Shown: positions 30,799-40,948, counted from the first letter of the stretch. The stretch is 64,000 bases of DNA from an uncultured Thermoleophilia bacterium (GCA_963715985.1 CAVQSP010000014.1:96001-160000), one strand, 5' to 3'. Numbers and translations: made by a program. Notes: generated from the sequence alone by a model not told the origin.

Positions 30799-32402
30799 GG
30801 TGAGGTCCTTCCGGTGCGGGAGTGGTCTGTGGCTGATGCGCGTCGCTCGTCGTGCGCGCCGGCGAGCGCGACGAAGGTCTCTTCCAGGGTGGCGGGGACG
30901 GTGGTGAGGGCGGCGGCGACGCCGCCCGCGTCGAGCGCAGCCTGTACGCGGGCGGCGTCGCCGCCCGGCACGCGCAGCGTGCGCCCGACGAGTGCGGCCT
31001 TGAGACCGGCCCCGTCGAGGGCGGTGAAAGCGGCCTCCCAACGCGGCGCCTCGACGGCCACGGCCAGGCGCCGCCCGACGATCTCGGCGAGGGTGCCCTG
31101 CGCGACCACGCGGCCGGCGGCCATCACGACCAGGCGGTCGCAGTAGCCCGCCTCGTCGAGGTGGTGCGTGGTCACGAGCACGCCGGCGCCGCCGGCGGCC
31201 GCGTCGCGGATGGACGCCCAGAGGCGCGCACGCGCGGCAGGGTCCACGCCGGAGGTGGGCTCGTCGAGCACGAGCAGCTCCGGCGCGTGCGAGAGCGCCG
31301 CCGCGAAGGCGAGGCGGCGGCGCAGGCCCTGCGACAGGCTCCGCACCACGGAGTCGCGGCGGGCCTCGAGCTCGGGGTCGAGGGCCGGGGCGGTGCCGCC
31401 GAAGGCGCGCGCCGCGAACTCGAGGTTCTCGCGCACGGTGAGGTCCTCCCAGAGGCCGAGGCCCTGCGGTACGTAGCCGAGGCGCAGTCGCGCCTGCCGG
31501 GACGGCGGCCGCCCGAAGAGCCGCACGGCGCCGGACGTCGGGTGGAGCAGCCCCAGAAGGAGCCGGATAAGGGTCGTCTTGCCGGCGCCGTTGGCGCCCA
31601 GCAGCCCGACGACCTCGCCGGCGCGCACCTGCAGGTCCACGCCGTCCACCGCCGCGGTGTGGCCGAAGCGGCGCACCACGGCGGTCGTCGAGGCCTGACT
31701 CGGGGCCGAGGCCGACGGCGTCCGCGCGGCGCGGGCGGATGACGCGGCGGCGCCCGTGGGAAGTGCCGACGCGACCGCGTCCGGCGGCCCGGCCGCCAGC
31801 GCGCGCCCTTCGTCGAGCAGCAGGACCCAGGCGGCGCGCCCGGCCTCGTCGAGGTAGGTGGTGGACACGACGACGCCGGCGCCCGCCGCCGCCGCGCCGG
31901 CGATGAGGCGCCACAACTCGGCCCGGCTCACGGGGTCCACGCCGGTGGTGGGCTCGTCGAGGATCAGCAGGTCGGGCTCGTGCAGCATGGCCAGGGCGAA
32001 CGCCAACTTCTGGCGCATGCCGCCGGAGAGGCGGCCGGCGAGCCGCTTCTCCACGCCTTCGAGCCCGACGTCACGGAGCAGGTCCCCGCGCCGCGACGCC
32101 AGCGTCTCCCCGCGCATTCCGTACGCGTCCCCGACGAACTCGATGTTCTCGGCCACGCTGAGGTCGGTGTACAGGCCGGAGGCGCCGGAGACGTAGCCGA
32201 TGCGGCGCCGCTCCGGCGCTCGCACCGACCCGTGCTCCACGCGGGTCACGCCGGCGAGGGCGCGGAGCAGGGTGCTCTTGCCGGCACCGTCGCCGCCGAT
32301 CACGGCCGTCACGGCGCCGGCAGGCACCGCCAGGGAGACGTCCGTGAGGGCGGCGTGACGGCCGTAGCGCACGCTCACGCCGCTGAGCCCCCAGCCGCTC
32401 AC
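30795..32402 (-). CDS. ABC transporter ATP-binding protein with two ATPase domains
   Basis: GGDGAGKS/LSGGMRQK/LDEPTTGVD and GANGAGKT/LSQGLRRR/LDEPTSGVD. Confidence 0.88.
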   Translation of the reverse strand: MSGWGLSGVSVRYGRHAALTDVSLAVPAGAVTAVIGGDGAGKSTLLRALAGVTRVEHGSVRAPERRRIGYVSGASGLYTDLSVAENIEFVGDAYGMRGETLASRRGDLLRDVGLEGVEKRLAGRLSGGMRQKLAFALAMLHEPDLLILDEPTTGVDPVSRAELWRLIAGAAAAGAGVVVSTTYLDEAGRAAWVLLLDEGRALAAGPPDAVASALPTGAAASSARAARTPSASAPSQASTTAVVRRFGHTAAVDGVDLQVRAGEVVGLLGANGAGKTTLIRLLLGLLHPTSGAVRLFGRPPSRQARLRLGYVPQGLGLWEDLTVRENLEFAARAFGGTAPALDPELEARRDSVVRSLSQGLRRRLAFAAALSHAPELLVLDEPTSGVDPAARARLWASIRDAAAGGAGVLVTTHHLDEAGYCDRLVVMAAGRVVAQGTLAEIVGRRLAVAVEAPRWEAAFTALDGAGLKAALVGRTLRVPGGDAARVQAALDAGGVAAALTTVPATLEETFVALAGAHDERRASATDHSRTGRTSP

Positions 32403-33496
32403 CCGTCCGCCTCTTCGCCGGGGCGCTGCCGGGCGGGCGCCAGCTCGCGGCGGAACCGCAGCGTGGAAACCGTGGACACCACGGTCGCCATGACCGCGAG
32501 GACGACCAGCGGGAGCCAGAGCGCGCCCAGCGGCGCCCCGCGCACCATCACGCCCCGCGCCACCTTGATGAAGTACGTGAGCGGCAGGAGGTAGCCGATC
32601 CAGCGCACGGCCCACGGCATGGAGTAGAGCGGGAAGAAGAGGCCGCTGAGCAGGAACTGCGGCAGCAGCGTCATCATCGCCAGCTGGATGGCCTGCCCCT
32701 GGGTCTGGGACACGGTGGAGATGAGCACGCCGATGCCCAGCGTGGTGAAGAGGAACAGGGCGGCGCCCAGGGCGAACACGGCCACGGAGCCGCGGAACGG
32801 CACGTCGAAGAGGAGCATGCCGGCACCGACCACGATGACCATGTCGATGGCGGCGATGACGAAGTACGGGGCGATCTTGCCGATGAAGACGTCGCGGGGG
32901 CGGAAGGGCATGACGGCCAGCTGCTCCATGGTGCCGGCCTGGCGCTCACGCACCACACCGAGCGCTGTAGCCACGGTACCGACGAACACCAGGATGATGC
33001 CGCAGAGCCCCGGGATCATGATCACGGCGGTGCGCAGGTCGGGGTTGAAGAGGACCTCAGTGCGGACGGCGAGGGCGGGCGAGGCGGCGCCTGCGCCCGC
33101 ACCCGGGGACGCCGCGGCCTGCGCCTGCACCTCCGCCAGAGCGCGGAGCGCCGCCTGGGCCGCGAAGAGCTCCGTGCCGTCGATGAGCAGCCGCGGCACC
33201 GCGTTCACCGTGGCCGGCGCCACCACGGCCACCACGGCCTCGCCGCGGCGCAGCGCCTCGCGCGCTTGCGCGTCCGAATCTGTGGGGCGGACGGCGACGA
33301 CGTCGAACTGCGCCGGCAGGGCGGCGGACACGAGGGCCGCACTCGGCCCTGTGACCAGCGTCGGCACCTGCTTGATGTCGAAGCTGGCCGCGTACCCGAA
33401 CACGACGAGGAAGAGGAAGGGCAGAAGGAAGAGCATGGCAACGGTGCGGCGGTCGCGCCGCAGTTGGCGGAACTCCTTGAGGATGATGGCCCACAT
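32399..33496 (-). CDS. ABC-2 type permease (YbhR/YbhS-like)
   Basis: KEFRQLRRDRRT, VRERQAGTMEQL, LSGLFFP, LPLTYF. Confidence 0.92.
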   Translation of the reverse strand: MWAIILKEFRQLRRDRRTVAMLFLLPFLFLVVFGYAASFDIKQVPTLVTGPSAALVSAALPAQFDVVAVRPTDSDAQAREALRRGEAVVAVVAPATVNAVPRLLIDGTELFAAQAALRALAEVQAQAAASPGAGAGAASPALAVRTEVLFNPDLRTAVIMIPGLCGIILVFVGTVATALGVVRERQAGTMEQLAVMPFRPRDVFIGKIAPYFVIAAIDMVIVVGAGMLLFDVPFRGSVAVFALGAALFLFTTLGIGVLISTVSQTQGQAIQLAMMTLLPQFLLSGLFFPLYSMPWAVRWIGYLLPLTYFIKVARGVMVRGAPLGALWLPLVVLAVMATVVSTVSTLRFRRELAPARQRPGEEADG

Positions 33497-33535
33497 GCGC
33501 GCCTCCGCGGCCGCGTCAGGGCGGCGCCGTCGGTG

Positions 33536-33571
33536 AATTCAACACGTGATGAATTCTACGCGCGTTGAATT
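33536..33571. promoter_or_regulatory. Two overlapping palindromic operators, probably for the TetR
   Basis: AATTCAAC-ACGT-GATGAATT (33536-33555) and AATTCTAC-GCGC-GTTGAATT (33552-33571) directly upstream of the efflux operon. Confidence 0.7.
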
Positions 33572-33805
33572 ATCGGGTCAATTGCCGATTCCTACAAGAT
33601 GATGGGCTGATTCCGACGTCTGTGCGGACGTGTCCGAGACTGTTGATCTTGCCGAATCAGAAACGTCGACACCGGAGTCTGTTCTCCTGCCCTTGAGCCG
33701 TTGATGGCCGTCTGGTAGGTTTCGGACCCGCCCCGCGGCCCCCTCGGGCTGCCTCGGGGCCACCGCGGCCGCCCTCACGGGCCCCGCGGCCGTCGAGGAG
33801 GCGCA

Positions 33806-34843
33806 GTGGTCCGCAGTCACCCCAGACGTCTGCTTGTCGGCGTCGCGTTCGTCGGTCTCGCCGCGCTGGCTGCCGTCACCGTCGTCTCCGCTCTCCCCGA
33901 CACCCTGCGTGCCGCCTCCACCCAGCTGCTCTCCGCGCGCGAGCAGGCGCAGCGCCTGGCCGACGAGATAGCCGGTCTGGACGGGCGCATCGACGCGGCG
34001 GTGCGGGACTGCGCCGAAGCCACCGACGCCCTGCACTCCGTGCGCCGCCAGATCAGAGACACCAGCCGGCTGCAGAAGACCGGCAGGCAGGAGCTGCAGA
34101 CGGCGCGGGTCACGCTCGCCAACCGCGCCGTGGCGCTCTACAAGCACGACGACATCTCCACGCTGGACGCCATCCTCAGCGCCGGCGACTTCGCCGAGAT
34201 GGTGGACCAGCTCGCCCTCGTGCAGAGCGTGGCGCGTGCGGACCGCCAGATGCTGCGCGCCGTCGAGTCGGCGCAGCGCCGGCTCGAGCGCCGCGCCGCC
34301 AAGCTCGCGGCCGACGCGCGCACCGCCGAGAAGCTCGTCAAGCGCCGCGACCGGCAGCTCGCCACCATCCGCGCTCAGCTCGGTGAGCGTCAGGCGCTGC
34401 TGGACAGCACGCGCGCCGACATCCGCAGGCTCGCGGCCCGGCAGACGCCGGCCGCGCCGTCGCCCGGCCCCACGGTGGCGCCGCCGGAGCCGTCCGCGGA
34501 CGGGGGAGGCGACGGGGACGCGGGCGGCGAGGTCGCCGGCGGCCAAGGCCAGTGGTGGCCGCTCATCGAGCAGGCCGCGGCCGTCAACGGCGTCAGCGCC
34601 AAGGGCATGTACCGGCTGATGATGATCGAGTCGGGCGGCTACGCCTCCATCGTCGGCCCGGGCGGCTACTACGGCCTGTTCCAGTACGCGCCCTCCACCT
34701 GGAAGGGCTCCTGGAACCCGTACCGCTCCCACAGCATCACGGACGGCGCGGCGCAGATCCACGCCACGGCGCTCGCCCTCAAGATGGGCTACGGACACGC
34801 CTGGTGGGACCCGTCCTACTCCTGGGCCTTCGGCGGAGGGTGA
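33806..34843 (+). CDS. Secreted coiled-coil protein with C-terminal lytic transglycosylase/Rpf-like domain
   Basis: Signal peptide, PcsB/CwlO-like coiled coil (RAVALYK...LDAILSAGDF), MIESGG and YYGLFQY lysozyme-like motifs. Confidence 0.75.
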   Translation: MVRSHPRRLLVGVAFVGLAALAAVTVVSALPDTLRAASTQLLSAREQAQRLADEIAGLDGRIDAAVRDCAEATDALHSVRRQIRDTSRLQKTGRQELQTARVTLANRAVALYKHDDISTLDAILSAGDFAEMVDQLALVQSVARADRQMLRAVESAQRRLERRAAKLAADARTAEKLVKRRDRQLATIRAQLGERQALLDSTRADIRRLAARQTPAAPSPGPTVAPPEPSADGGGDGDAGGEVAGGQGQWWPLIEQAAAVNGVSAKGMYRLMMIESGGYASIVGPGGYYGLFQYAPSTWKGSWNPYRSHSITDGAAQIHATALALKMGYGHAWWDPSYSWAFGGG

Positions 34844-35496
34844 GCAAGCCGCTGCTGATGCTCGACCACGACGGGGTCGTGGTCGATTCGCTCGAGATCT
34901 TCTCCTCCGCCTTCCTCGAAGGCTGCCGCCGCTATGGCGTGACGGGCATCGCCACCCAGGACGACGTGCTCCGGCTCTTTCACGGCAACGTCTACGAGAG
35001 CCTGCGCGCGGCGGGGGCCGGCGACGAGCAGGTCCGCCGCGTGGTACGCAGGGCGGCGGACGCCCTGCGCCTGGCGCTGCCGGCCCTCCGTCCGTTCCCG
35101 CTGATGCCCGAGGTGCTGCGCGAGCTCGCGGAGGCGCGGTACCTGGTCATCGTGAGCTCCAACACCGCGGACGTCGTCGAGGCGTTCCTGAGACGTCACC
35201 TGATCCGTGGAGTGGCGGAGATCGCCGGGGCCGAGGTGGGGCGGAGCAAGGTGGACAAGATCGGCGCGCTCGTGGCGCGGTTCCCGGGCCAGGAGCGCTA
35301 CTGGTTCGTGGGCGACACGGCCGGAGACATGCGCGAAGCGCGCCTCGCCGGCGTCACGCCGCTGGGGGTCAAATGGGGCTGGCACGACCCCGAGGTGCTC
35401 GAGGAGGCCGGCGCGGAGTGCATCGCGGACTCGCCGGCCGACCTGCTCGCCATCGTCGCCCCCGAGCTCTCGGCGGACTTCCTCGGCGTCGGGTAG
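34840..35496 (+). CDS. HAD-superfamily hydrolase
   Basis: LDHDGVVVDS, VSSN, VGDTAGD, GVKWGW. Confidence 0.88.
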   Translation: MSKPLLMLDHDGVVVDSLEIFSSAFLEGCRRYGVTGIATQDDVLRLFHGNVYESLRAAGAGDEQVRRVVRRAADALRLALPALRPFPLMPEVLRELAEARYLVIVSSNTADVVEAFLRRHLIRGVAEIAGAEVGRSKVDKIGALVARFPGQERYWFVGDTAGDMREARLAGVTPLGVKWGWHDPEVLEEAGAECIADSPADLLAIVAPELSADFLGVG

Positions 35497-35580
35497 CCTG
35501 CGTAGACTACCGGCGCGCCGACGGCGTTCGGGTGTGCCGGCCTCCGCGTGCCCGGCGCATGCGCGCCGCACGGCGTCGTC

Positions 35581-36057
35581 TCAGCCGGGCTCGCCGAGCT
35601 TCTCCACCGCCGCGGCCAGCCGCGCCGACGCCGCCTCGCTGAACCCGCCGGCGTCGTGAAACACGACCACGCCGGCCGCGTCGAGCAGCACGACCTGGGT
35701 GCGGTTCCCGCCCTCGTCGCCGAGGAAGGCGCGAGCCTTGCCGCCCTGCTCGTACAGCGTGACCACGCGCGACCACTGGCGCCGCGGCACGCCGCCGCGC
35801 ATGCCGCCGTCGATCAAGCCCTGCAGGGGGCGCCACACGAGGGCGGGGATGATGGGGAGCTCGAAGACGGGGAGCCAGGGCCACTCGCGGGCCGCGAGCT
35901 CGGCCCAGCGGTCCACGTCGGCCTGGGTGAGGCGCCGGTAGGCGCACAGCAGCAGCGCCGGCGCCCCCATGACGTCCTCGGGGAAGCGCACGCGCTCGCC
36001 GGAGAGGGCGAGGCCGGCGACGGAAGGGAAGCGGCGCCCGACGATGTCTTCGCTCAC
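35581..36057 (-). CDS. ATP10-like thioredoxin-fold protein
   Basis: FPSVAGLALSG, QADVDRW, LIDGGMRGGVP, VVLLDAAG. Confidence 0.6.
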   Translation of the reverse strand: MSEDIVGRRFPSVAGLALSGERVRFPEDVMGAPALLLCAYRRLTQADVDRWAELAAREWPWLPVFELPIIPALVWRPLQGLIDGGMRGGVPRRQWSRVVTLYEQGGKARAFLGDEGGNRTQVVLLDAAGVVVFHDAGGFSEAASARLAAAVEKLGEPG

Positions 36058-36091
36058 GCGCGCCGCGCCTCGTCCCGGGCCGTCGGCTGCA

Positions 36092-37246
36092 TCAGCGGCG
36101 GCGTGGCGGTCGCAGGCGGCCCGCGTCGCCGGGGCGCGGCGTGCCGGCGCCGCGCGTGCCGGTGCCGGCCCCATTGCCGCGCAGAGCGTACCGGCCGCCG
36201 CCGCGGTCCTCGATGACCGGCGAGTAGGCGATGCGGTTGTTGAAGCTGGAGCGCTTCATGCCGGCGGCCGCGCAGAGGCGCTCCAGCTCGTGCCTGTCCA
36301 TCGTCCCGCCGCTCTGGCGCAGGAGGCGGACGAGCGTGAGCTCCGTGGTCTCCAGCACCTCCTCAGCGGTGATCGGTCGCGTGGCCCGCACGCGATCCCC
36401 GGTCACGGCGAGGCCCGGGACGCGCTCGCACAGCTCGCCGAGGATGTACTCGGGCATGACGAAGTCCTTCATGCGTTCATCGCGGCGGATGCCTGCATGC
36501 AGGTCGGCGAGACTCGCCTCGCCGGCTACGCTGAGGATCTTGATCACGCGCCCCACGACGCCGTTCCTGGCCACGGACGGCAGGTAGAACCACCCGCTCC
36601 GGCGCTCGAGCCACACGAAGTCGTCGGGCTCGGCGACCACGGCAGTGACCAGCGCGTCGTCCACCCACACGGCAAGCTCGGCGGCCACGCGGCCGGCGAC
36701 GTCGCCCACGCGGGCGGCGCCGGTGCGGCGGACGATGGAGCGCGCCGTGTCGACGATGGCGGCGATGACGGCGGCCGTGTCTGCCGTAGGGTCCGGCGGG
36801 TTGGGCAGGACCACCCTCATGTCCTTGACCGTGTCCAGCACGAACGGCTGCTCGTGGCCGAGGATCTCCGCCGCGCGCAGCAGGCCGGCGGGGTCGAAGG
36901 GACGTTCTGTCACGTGCTCGTCGGCGAGGCGGCGTGCCAGCTCGAGCGCCGTGGTGGGGGCGCCGCCGCCGGCCACGCCCAGGGCGCGCTCGAGCGCCGG
37001 CGCGGGGACGGCGCCGCCGGCGTCCAGGTCCGCACCGGCGCGGATGCGCGTGATGAGCCGCTCGCACAGCTGCCGCACGCGCTCGCGGGTGATGCCGCCG
37101 AACTCACGCCCCGTAGCGTCCAGGGTGGCGCCCCCGCGCCCGTCCCAGCCCCAGTGCCGCACGGCGACCCTGGCGGTGCGGCCGTGCTCGGCGCGTTCGG
37201 CGATGGCGGCCAGTTCGGCCTCGAGTGAAGGGATCGACAGCTGCAC
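36092..37246 (-). CDS. Hypothetical protein with sigma-70 region 4-like HTH
   Basis: TLDATGREFGGITRERVRQL. Confidence 0.65.
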   Translation of the reverse strand: MQLSIPSLEAELAAIAERAEHGRTARVAVRHWGWDGRGGATLDATGREFGGITRERVRQLCERLITRIRAGADLDAGGAVPAPALERALGVAGGGAPTTALELARRLADEHVTERPFDPAGLLRAAEILGHEQPFVLDTVKDMRVVLPNPPDPTADTAAVIAAIVDTARSIVRRTGAARVGDVAGRVAAELAVWVDDALVTAVVAEPDDFVWLERRSGWFYLPSVARNGVVGRVIKILSVAGEASLADLHAGIRRDERMKDFVMPEYILGELCERVPGLAVTGDRVRATRPITAEEVLETTELTLVRLLRQSGGTMDRHELERLCAAAGMKRSSFNNRIAYSPVIEDRGGGRYALRGNGAGTGTRGAGTPRPGDAGRLRPPRRR

Positions 37247-37363
37247 GTGTTCCTCGTTCCGCGCTGTGAGCTAGCGAAAGGATACTACAGGGATGCTCCC
37301 ATGCCCGGCGCACCTGCACTATGATGGGTGGACACCTCCAAGCCTGCGCCCGGGGGGGAGCCG

Positions 37364-38203
37364 ATGGCCACTGAGAAGCCAAAGAAGAAGCACGACGAGG
37401 TCATGCCCGAGCACGGCGGGCACGTCAAGAAGCTCGACCTCAAGACCTACGAGGATGAGCTGGTCAAACTGCAGATCAGGCTCGTCACCCTACAGGAGTG
37501 GATCAAGCACGCCGGTCTGCGGGTGGCGGTGATCTTCGAGGGTCGCGATGCAGCCGGCAAGGGTGGCACCATCAAGCGCATCACCGAGCACCTCAACCCG
37601 CGCGTGGTGAGCATCGCCGCCCTGGGTACGCCCAACGACCGCGAGCGCACCGAGTGGTACTTCCAGCGCTACGTGGAGCACCTGCCGGCGGCGGGCGAGA
37701 TGGTGCTCTTCGACCGCTCCTGGTACAACCGCGCCGGCGTCGAGCGCGTCATGGGCTTCTGCAGCGAGGACGAGGTGTGGGAGTTCTTCCGCACCTGCCC
37801 GGAGTTCGAGCGCATGATCATCCGCAGCGGCATCATCCTGCTCAAGTACTGGTTCAGCGTGAGCGACGAGGAGCAGGAGCGGCGCTTCCAGAGCCGCCTC
37901 AAGGATCCTCTCAAGCTGTGGAAGCTCAGCCCCATGGACCTGGAGAGCCGCCTGCGTTGGGTGGAGTACTCCAAGGCCAAGGACGAGATGTTCTCGTACA
38001 CCGACACCAAGGATTCGCCGTGGTGGGTGGTGGACGCGGAGGACAAACGCCGTGCCCGTCTCAACATGATCCACCACCTGCTCGAATGCATCCCGCACGA
38101 GGACGTGTTGCCCAAGGACCTCAAGCTGGAGGAGCGGCCGGCCGAGAAGGGCTACGTGCGGCCGCCCATGGAGTCGCAGACCTTCGTGCCCGAGGTGTAC
38201 TGA
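37364..38203 (+). CDS. ppk2: Polyphosphate kinase 2
   Basis: FEGRDAAGKGG, WYFQRY, FDRSWYNRAGVERVMGF, WKLSPMD. Confidence 0.96.
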   Translation: MATEKPKKKHDEVMPEHGGHVKKLDLKTYEDELVKLQIRLVTLQEWIKHAGLRVAVIFEGRDAAGKGGTIKRITEHLNPRVVSIAALGTPNDRERTEWYFQRYVEHLPAAGEMVLFDRSWYNRAGVERVMGFCSEDEVWEFFRTCPEFERMIIRSGIILLKYWFSVSDEEQERRFQSRLKDPLKLWKLSPMDLESRLRWVEYSKAKDEMFSYTDTKDSPWWVVDAEDKRRARLNMIHHLLECIPHEDVLPKDLKLEERPAEKGYVRPPMESQTFVPEVY

Positions 38204-38319
38204 GCGCCACGCGCGAGAAGCCTCGCACTCACGCTCGCGCCCTCCCTGCCCGCGGCCGTGCCGGGTGAGGTGGGCTGCGGTGTCCCACGGGGTATACAGG
38301 GGGCACGAAGGAGTGAGCC

Positions 38320-38472
38320 ATGAACGAGTACTCATCTGAGCGGGACAGGACCAAGGTGGCCGCGGCAGAGCGCCCGATGTACGGACGCGCCCTCGCCGTG
38401 GGCGCAGTCGTGGTGTGGCTGGCGACGATGCTGCTGGTGCTCGGCCCCGCTGCCACGCGCGGGCTCTTCTAG
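38320..38472 (+). CDS. 50-aa single-TM small protein (not in the ORF track)
   Basis: SD AAGGAG; MNEYSSERDRTKVAAAERPMYGRALAVGAVVVWLATMLLVLGPAATRGLF; followed by terminator. Confidence 0.6.
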   Translation: MNEYSSERDRTKVAAAERPMYGRALAVGAVVVWLATMLLVLGPAATRGLF

Positions 38473-38491
38473 CAGCCGGCGGACAGGACGA

Positions 38492-38533
38492 GTGACGAGG
38501 CCCCCGGCAGCTTGCTGCCGGGGGCCTCGTCAC
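38492..38533. terminator. Bidirectional terminator hairpin
   Basis: GTGACGAGGCCCCCGGCAGC-TT-GCTGCCGGGGGCCTCGTCAC. Confidence 0.75.
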
Positions 38534-38581
38534 GCCTCGACCACCGCAGAGGCGGCTGCGACTCCCCGCGGTCGCGAACGA

Positions 38582-38875
38582 TCAGTCGGTGCCGCCCTGC
38601 CCGCCGAACGGCTCGCCGATGAGCGGCAGGTCGGGCAGGGAGCGGGCGTCCCGCAGCGCGGCTCGCACCGCGTGCCCGACGTGATGGGTGAGAGCGTCGA
38701 GGTAGAAGCCGGACTCAGGCGCGGCAAGCACTCTCTCGAACGCGTCGAAGGAAGCGGTCATCTCGGCGAGGTCGTCCTGGGTGGCGGCTCGAGCCTCACC
38801 GGTGATCGACTCCGGAACGTCCAGGACCCACTGCAGCAACTCGTCGACCTCGACGAGGACGGACGGACGCGGCAC
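38582..38875 (-). CDS. Hypothetical protein
   Basis: 97-aa acidic ORF with normal codon bias; SD AAAGGGGG upstream. Confidence 0.55.
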   Translation of the reverse strand: MPRPSVLVEVDELLQWVLDVPESITGEARAATQDDLAEMTASFDAFERVLAAPESGFYLDALTHHVGHAVRAALRDARSLPDLPLIGEPFGGQGGTD

Positions 38876-39171
38876 GGCGAACCCCCTTTGTCCGGCGTGG
38901 GCCGGCCTGCGATGTGGCGACGACGCCGGCCGGCGGAGATGCGAACGCCGCCGCCGGACGTGGGGCGACACGTGGTCTGCAGCGACCGGTCGCGAGCACG
39001 GTGCGCGGCGCCTGGCGCGGGGCCGGCATTCGGCGGCGGCGTTCGCAGCGGATGGTAGCAGGGAGGTCGGACGGAAGTTGGTGCACTCGTGACCTCCGGA
39101 GCGGCTTCACCTGGCCGCCACAGGCGGGTATCATCCCGCCACACGTCCCTGCTCCAAGCGAAGGAGAGCGC

Positions 39172-39387
39172 ATGTCCGACAGCGTCTACAAGGTCATGGA
39201 AGTCATCGGCTCGAGCCCCACCTCCTGGGAAGAGGCCGCGAAGAACGCAGTAGAGAAGGCCGGCATCCATCGCGAGGACCTGCGTGTGGCCGAGGTCATC
39301 GAGTTCGACATGAAGATCGACAACAAGCAGATCGTCGCGTTCCGCTCCAAGGTGAAGATCTCGTACAAGTACCACGAGGTCGTCTGA
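39172..39387 (+). CDS. Dodecin (flavin-binding)
   Basis: SVYKVMEVIGSSPTSWEEAAKNAV...DLRVAEV...KVKISYKY; SD AAGGAG. Confidence 0.9.
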   Translation: MSDSVYKVMEVIGSSPTSWEEAAKNAVEKAGIHREDLRVAEVIEFDMKIDNKQIVAFRSKVKISYKYHEVV

Positions 39388-39582
39388 CGCTCTGCCACGG
39401 GCGGGGCGGGCGAGGCCGCAGGCCTCGCCCGCCCCGCCCGTGTGCATCTGGCCTCCGGCGCAGGGCCGACGGCGGCCACTCCGTGCGCCGCGGCGTCGGG
39501 GCCGGCCACCGGGCGCGAGGTGGTGACGCGGCCTCGCAGGGTAGATGATTCGACGGAGCCGTGCGACGAAAGGACCGTCCTC

Positions 39583-40905
39583 GTGGCGAAGCCGACCTGG
39601 GCCGATTTCGGCAGCATCTGGAAGACCATCCGCGAGGTGGACGTCAACGCGATCCGCCACGAGGCGGAGCGTGGCGTGGCCATCGTGTGTGTGGGGCAGG
39701 TCGCGGCGCTGTGGCAGGCGGACCGCCTGCTGCGTGAGGGGCCCGACCGCTTCGCGCCGCAGCCGGACCCGCTGGCGCTCGTTCGCCTGGACGAGGCCGG
39801 GCGGTACCTGGACTACATCCGTGCGGCCGACCTGCTGATCCTGGCGCTGGATGCGGCGCCGGTGATGGGCGCCGGCGACCTCGACGGCCTGCGCACGCTC
39901 TCGGCGGCGGCGCGGCCGACCCAGGTCGTGCTGCTCGTCGGCGGCGGCGCCGGGGGTGAAGGGCCGGCCGGCCCGGGCGTGGGCGTCACGGGCGCCGATC
40001 CCGCCGTGCTGGCGTCCACCGCGTGGGCGCCGTATCTGGACGCCCGCCTCGCGCACTTCATCGATCCGGACGCGCCGGGCGCGGGCCTCAAGGTGGCCGG
40101 CGCCGTACTGGACGCCCTGCCGGCGGAGGCTTGGCTGGCGGCGGCGCGGCGCCTGCCGGGGCTGCGGCCCCTGTACGCGCAGCGGCTCACCGGCGAGGTC
40201 TCCGTGTCCAACGCGGCGTTCGCGCTGGCCTCGGGCGTGCCCTCGCTGGTGCCCTTCCTCGGCATCCCCATCTCGGCCGCCGACACCATCGTGCTCACCA
40301 AGAACCAGGCGCTCATGGTCTACCGCCTGGCGCTGGCCTGCGGCGCGCCGCCCGAGTTCCAGCGCCGCATGCTCGAGATCACCCCGGTCATCGGCGGCGC
40401 CGTGCTGTGGCGGCAGATCGCCGGGGCGCTGGTCGGCCTCGTGCCGGGGTACGGCATCGTGCCCAAGACCGCGGTCGCGTTCGGCGGCACCTACGTGGTC
40501 GGCCTGGCGGCGACGCGCTACTACGAGGCCGGCATCCTCACCGACGAGGAGCGCAAGCGCATCACCAGCGAGGCGGCGGCCAAGGCCCGCGACGCGGCCA
40601 CGACGATGGTGGCGCAGGCGCGCGCCGCCGGGGACAAGGCCGGCGCGCAGTCCAGGGGCGCAGCGGCGGCCGTGGCCGAGCGGGCGCGCGCCACGCGCGA
40701 CGAGCTCGCGGAGCGGGTGCGCGTCTCGCGCGACAAGGCCGCTCAGACTGCGCGTGCCGCGGGTCGCAAGGTGACACGGCGCGGCAAGGACGCCACGGCT
40801 GTGGACCCCGTGCCGTGGCCGGACGTCGCCCCGGAGCCGCCGGCCGGCACCGCTCCCTGGCCGGACGTTCCTCCCGAGCCTCCGCACGGAGGCGACGGCG
40901 GCTGA
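39583..40905 (+). CDS. DUF697/EcsC-like domain protein
   Basis: ADTIVLTKNQALMVYRLA, LVPGYGIVPKTAVAFGGTYVVG; repeated PWPDVxPEPP tail. Confidence 0.6.
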   Translation: MAKPTWADFGSIWKTIREVDVNAIRHEAERGVAIVCVGQVAALWQADRLLREGPDRFAPQPDPLALVRLDEAGRYLDYIRAADLLILALDAAPVMGAGDLDGLRTLSAAARPTQVVLLVGGGAGGEGPAGPGVGVTGADPAVLASTAWAPYLDARLAHFIDPDAPGAGLKVAGAVLDALPAEAWLAAARRLPGLRPLYAQRLTGEVSVSNAAFALASGVPSLVPFLGIPISAADTIVLTKNQALMVYRLALACGAPPEFQRRMLEITPVIGGAVLWRQIAGALVGLVPGYGIVPKTAVAFGGTYVVGLAATRYYEAGILTDEERKRITSEAAAKARDAATTMVAQARAAGDKAGAQSRGAAAAVAERARATRDELAERVRVSRDKAAQTARAAGRKVTRRGKDATAVDPVPWPDVAPEPPAGTAPWPDVPPEPPHGGDGG

Positions 40906-40948
40906 CAGCGGCGGCCGGGTCGCGACCCGGGTGCGATAGGCTTGAGCG

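Noticed and set aside
29065-31914. 949-aa fusion ORF and other long Arg/Gly/Pro-rich ORFs (e.g. 5943..7541, 15557..17791, 24832..27189, 45013..47193)
   Set aside because: Shadow or antisense frames caused by high GC; the real genes lie in other frames or start later
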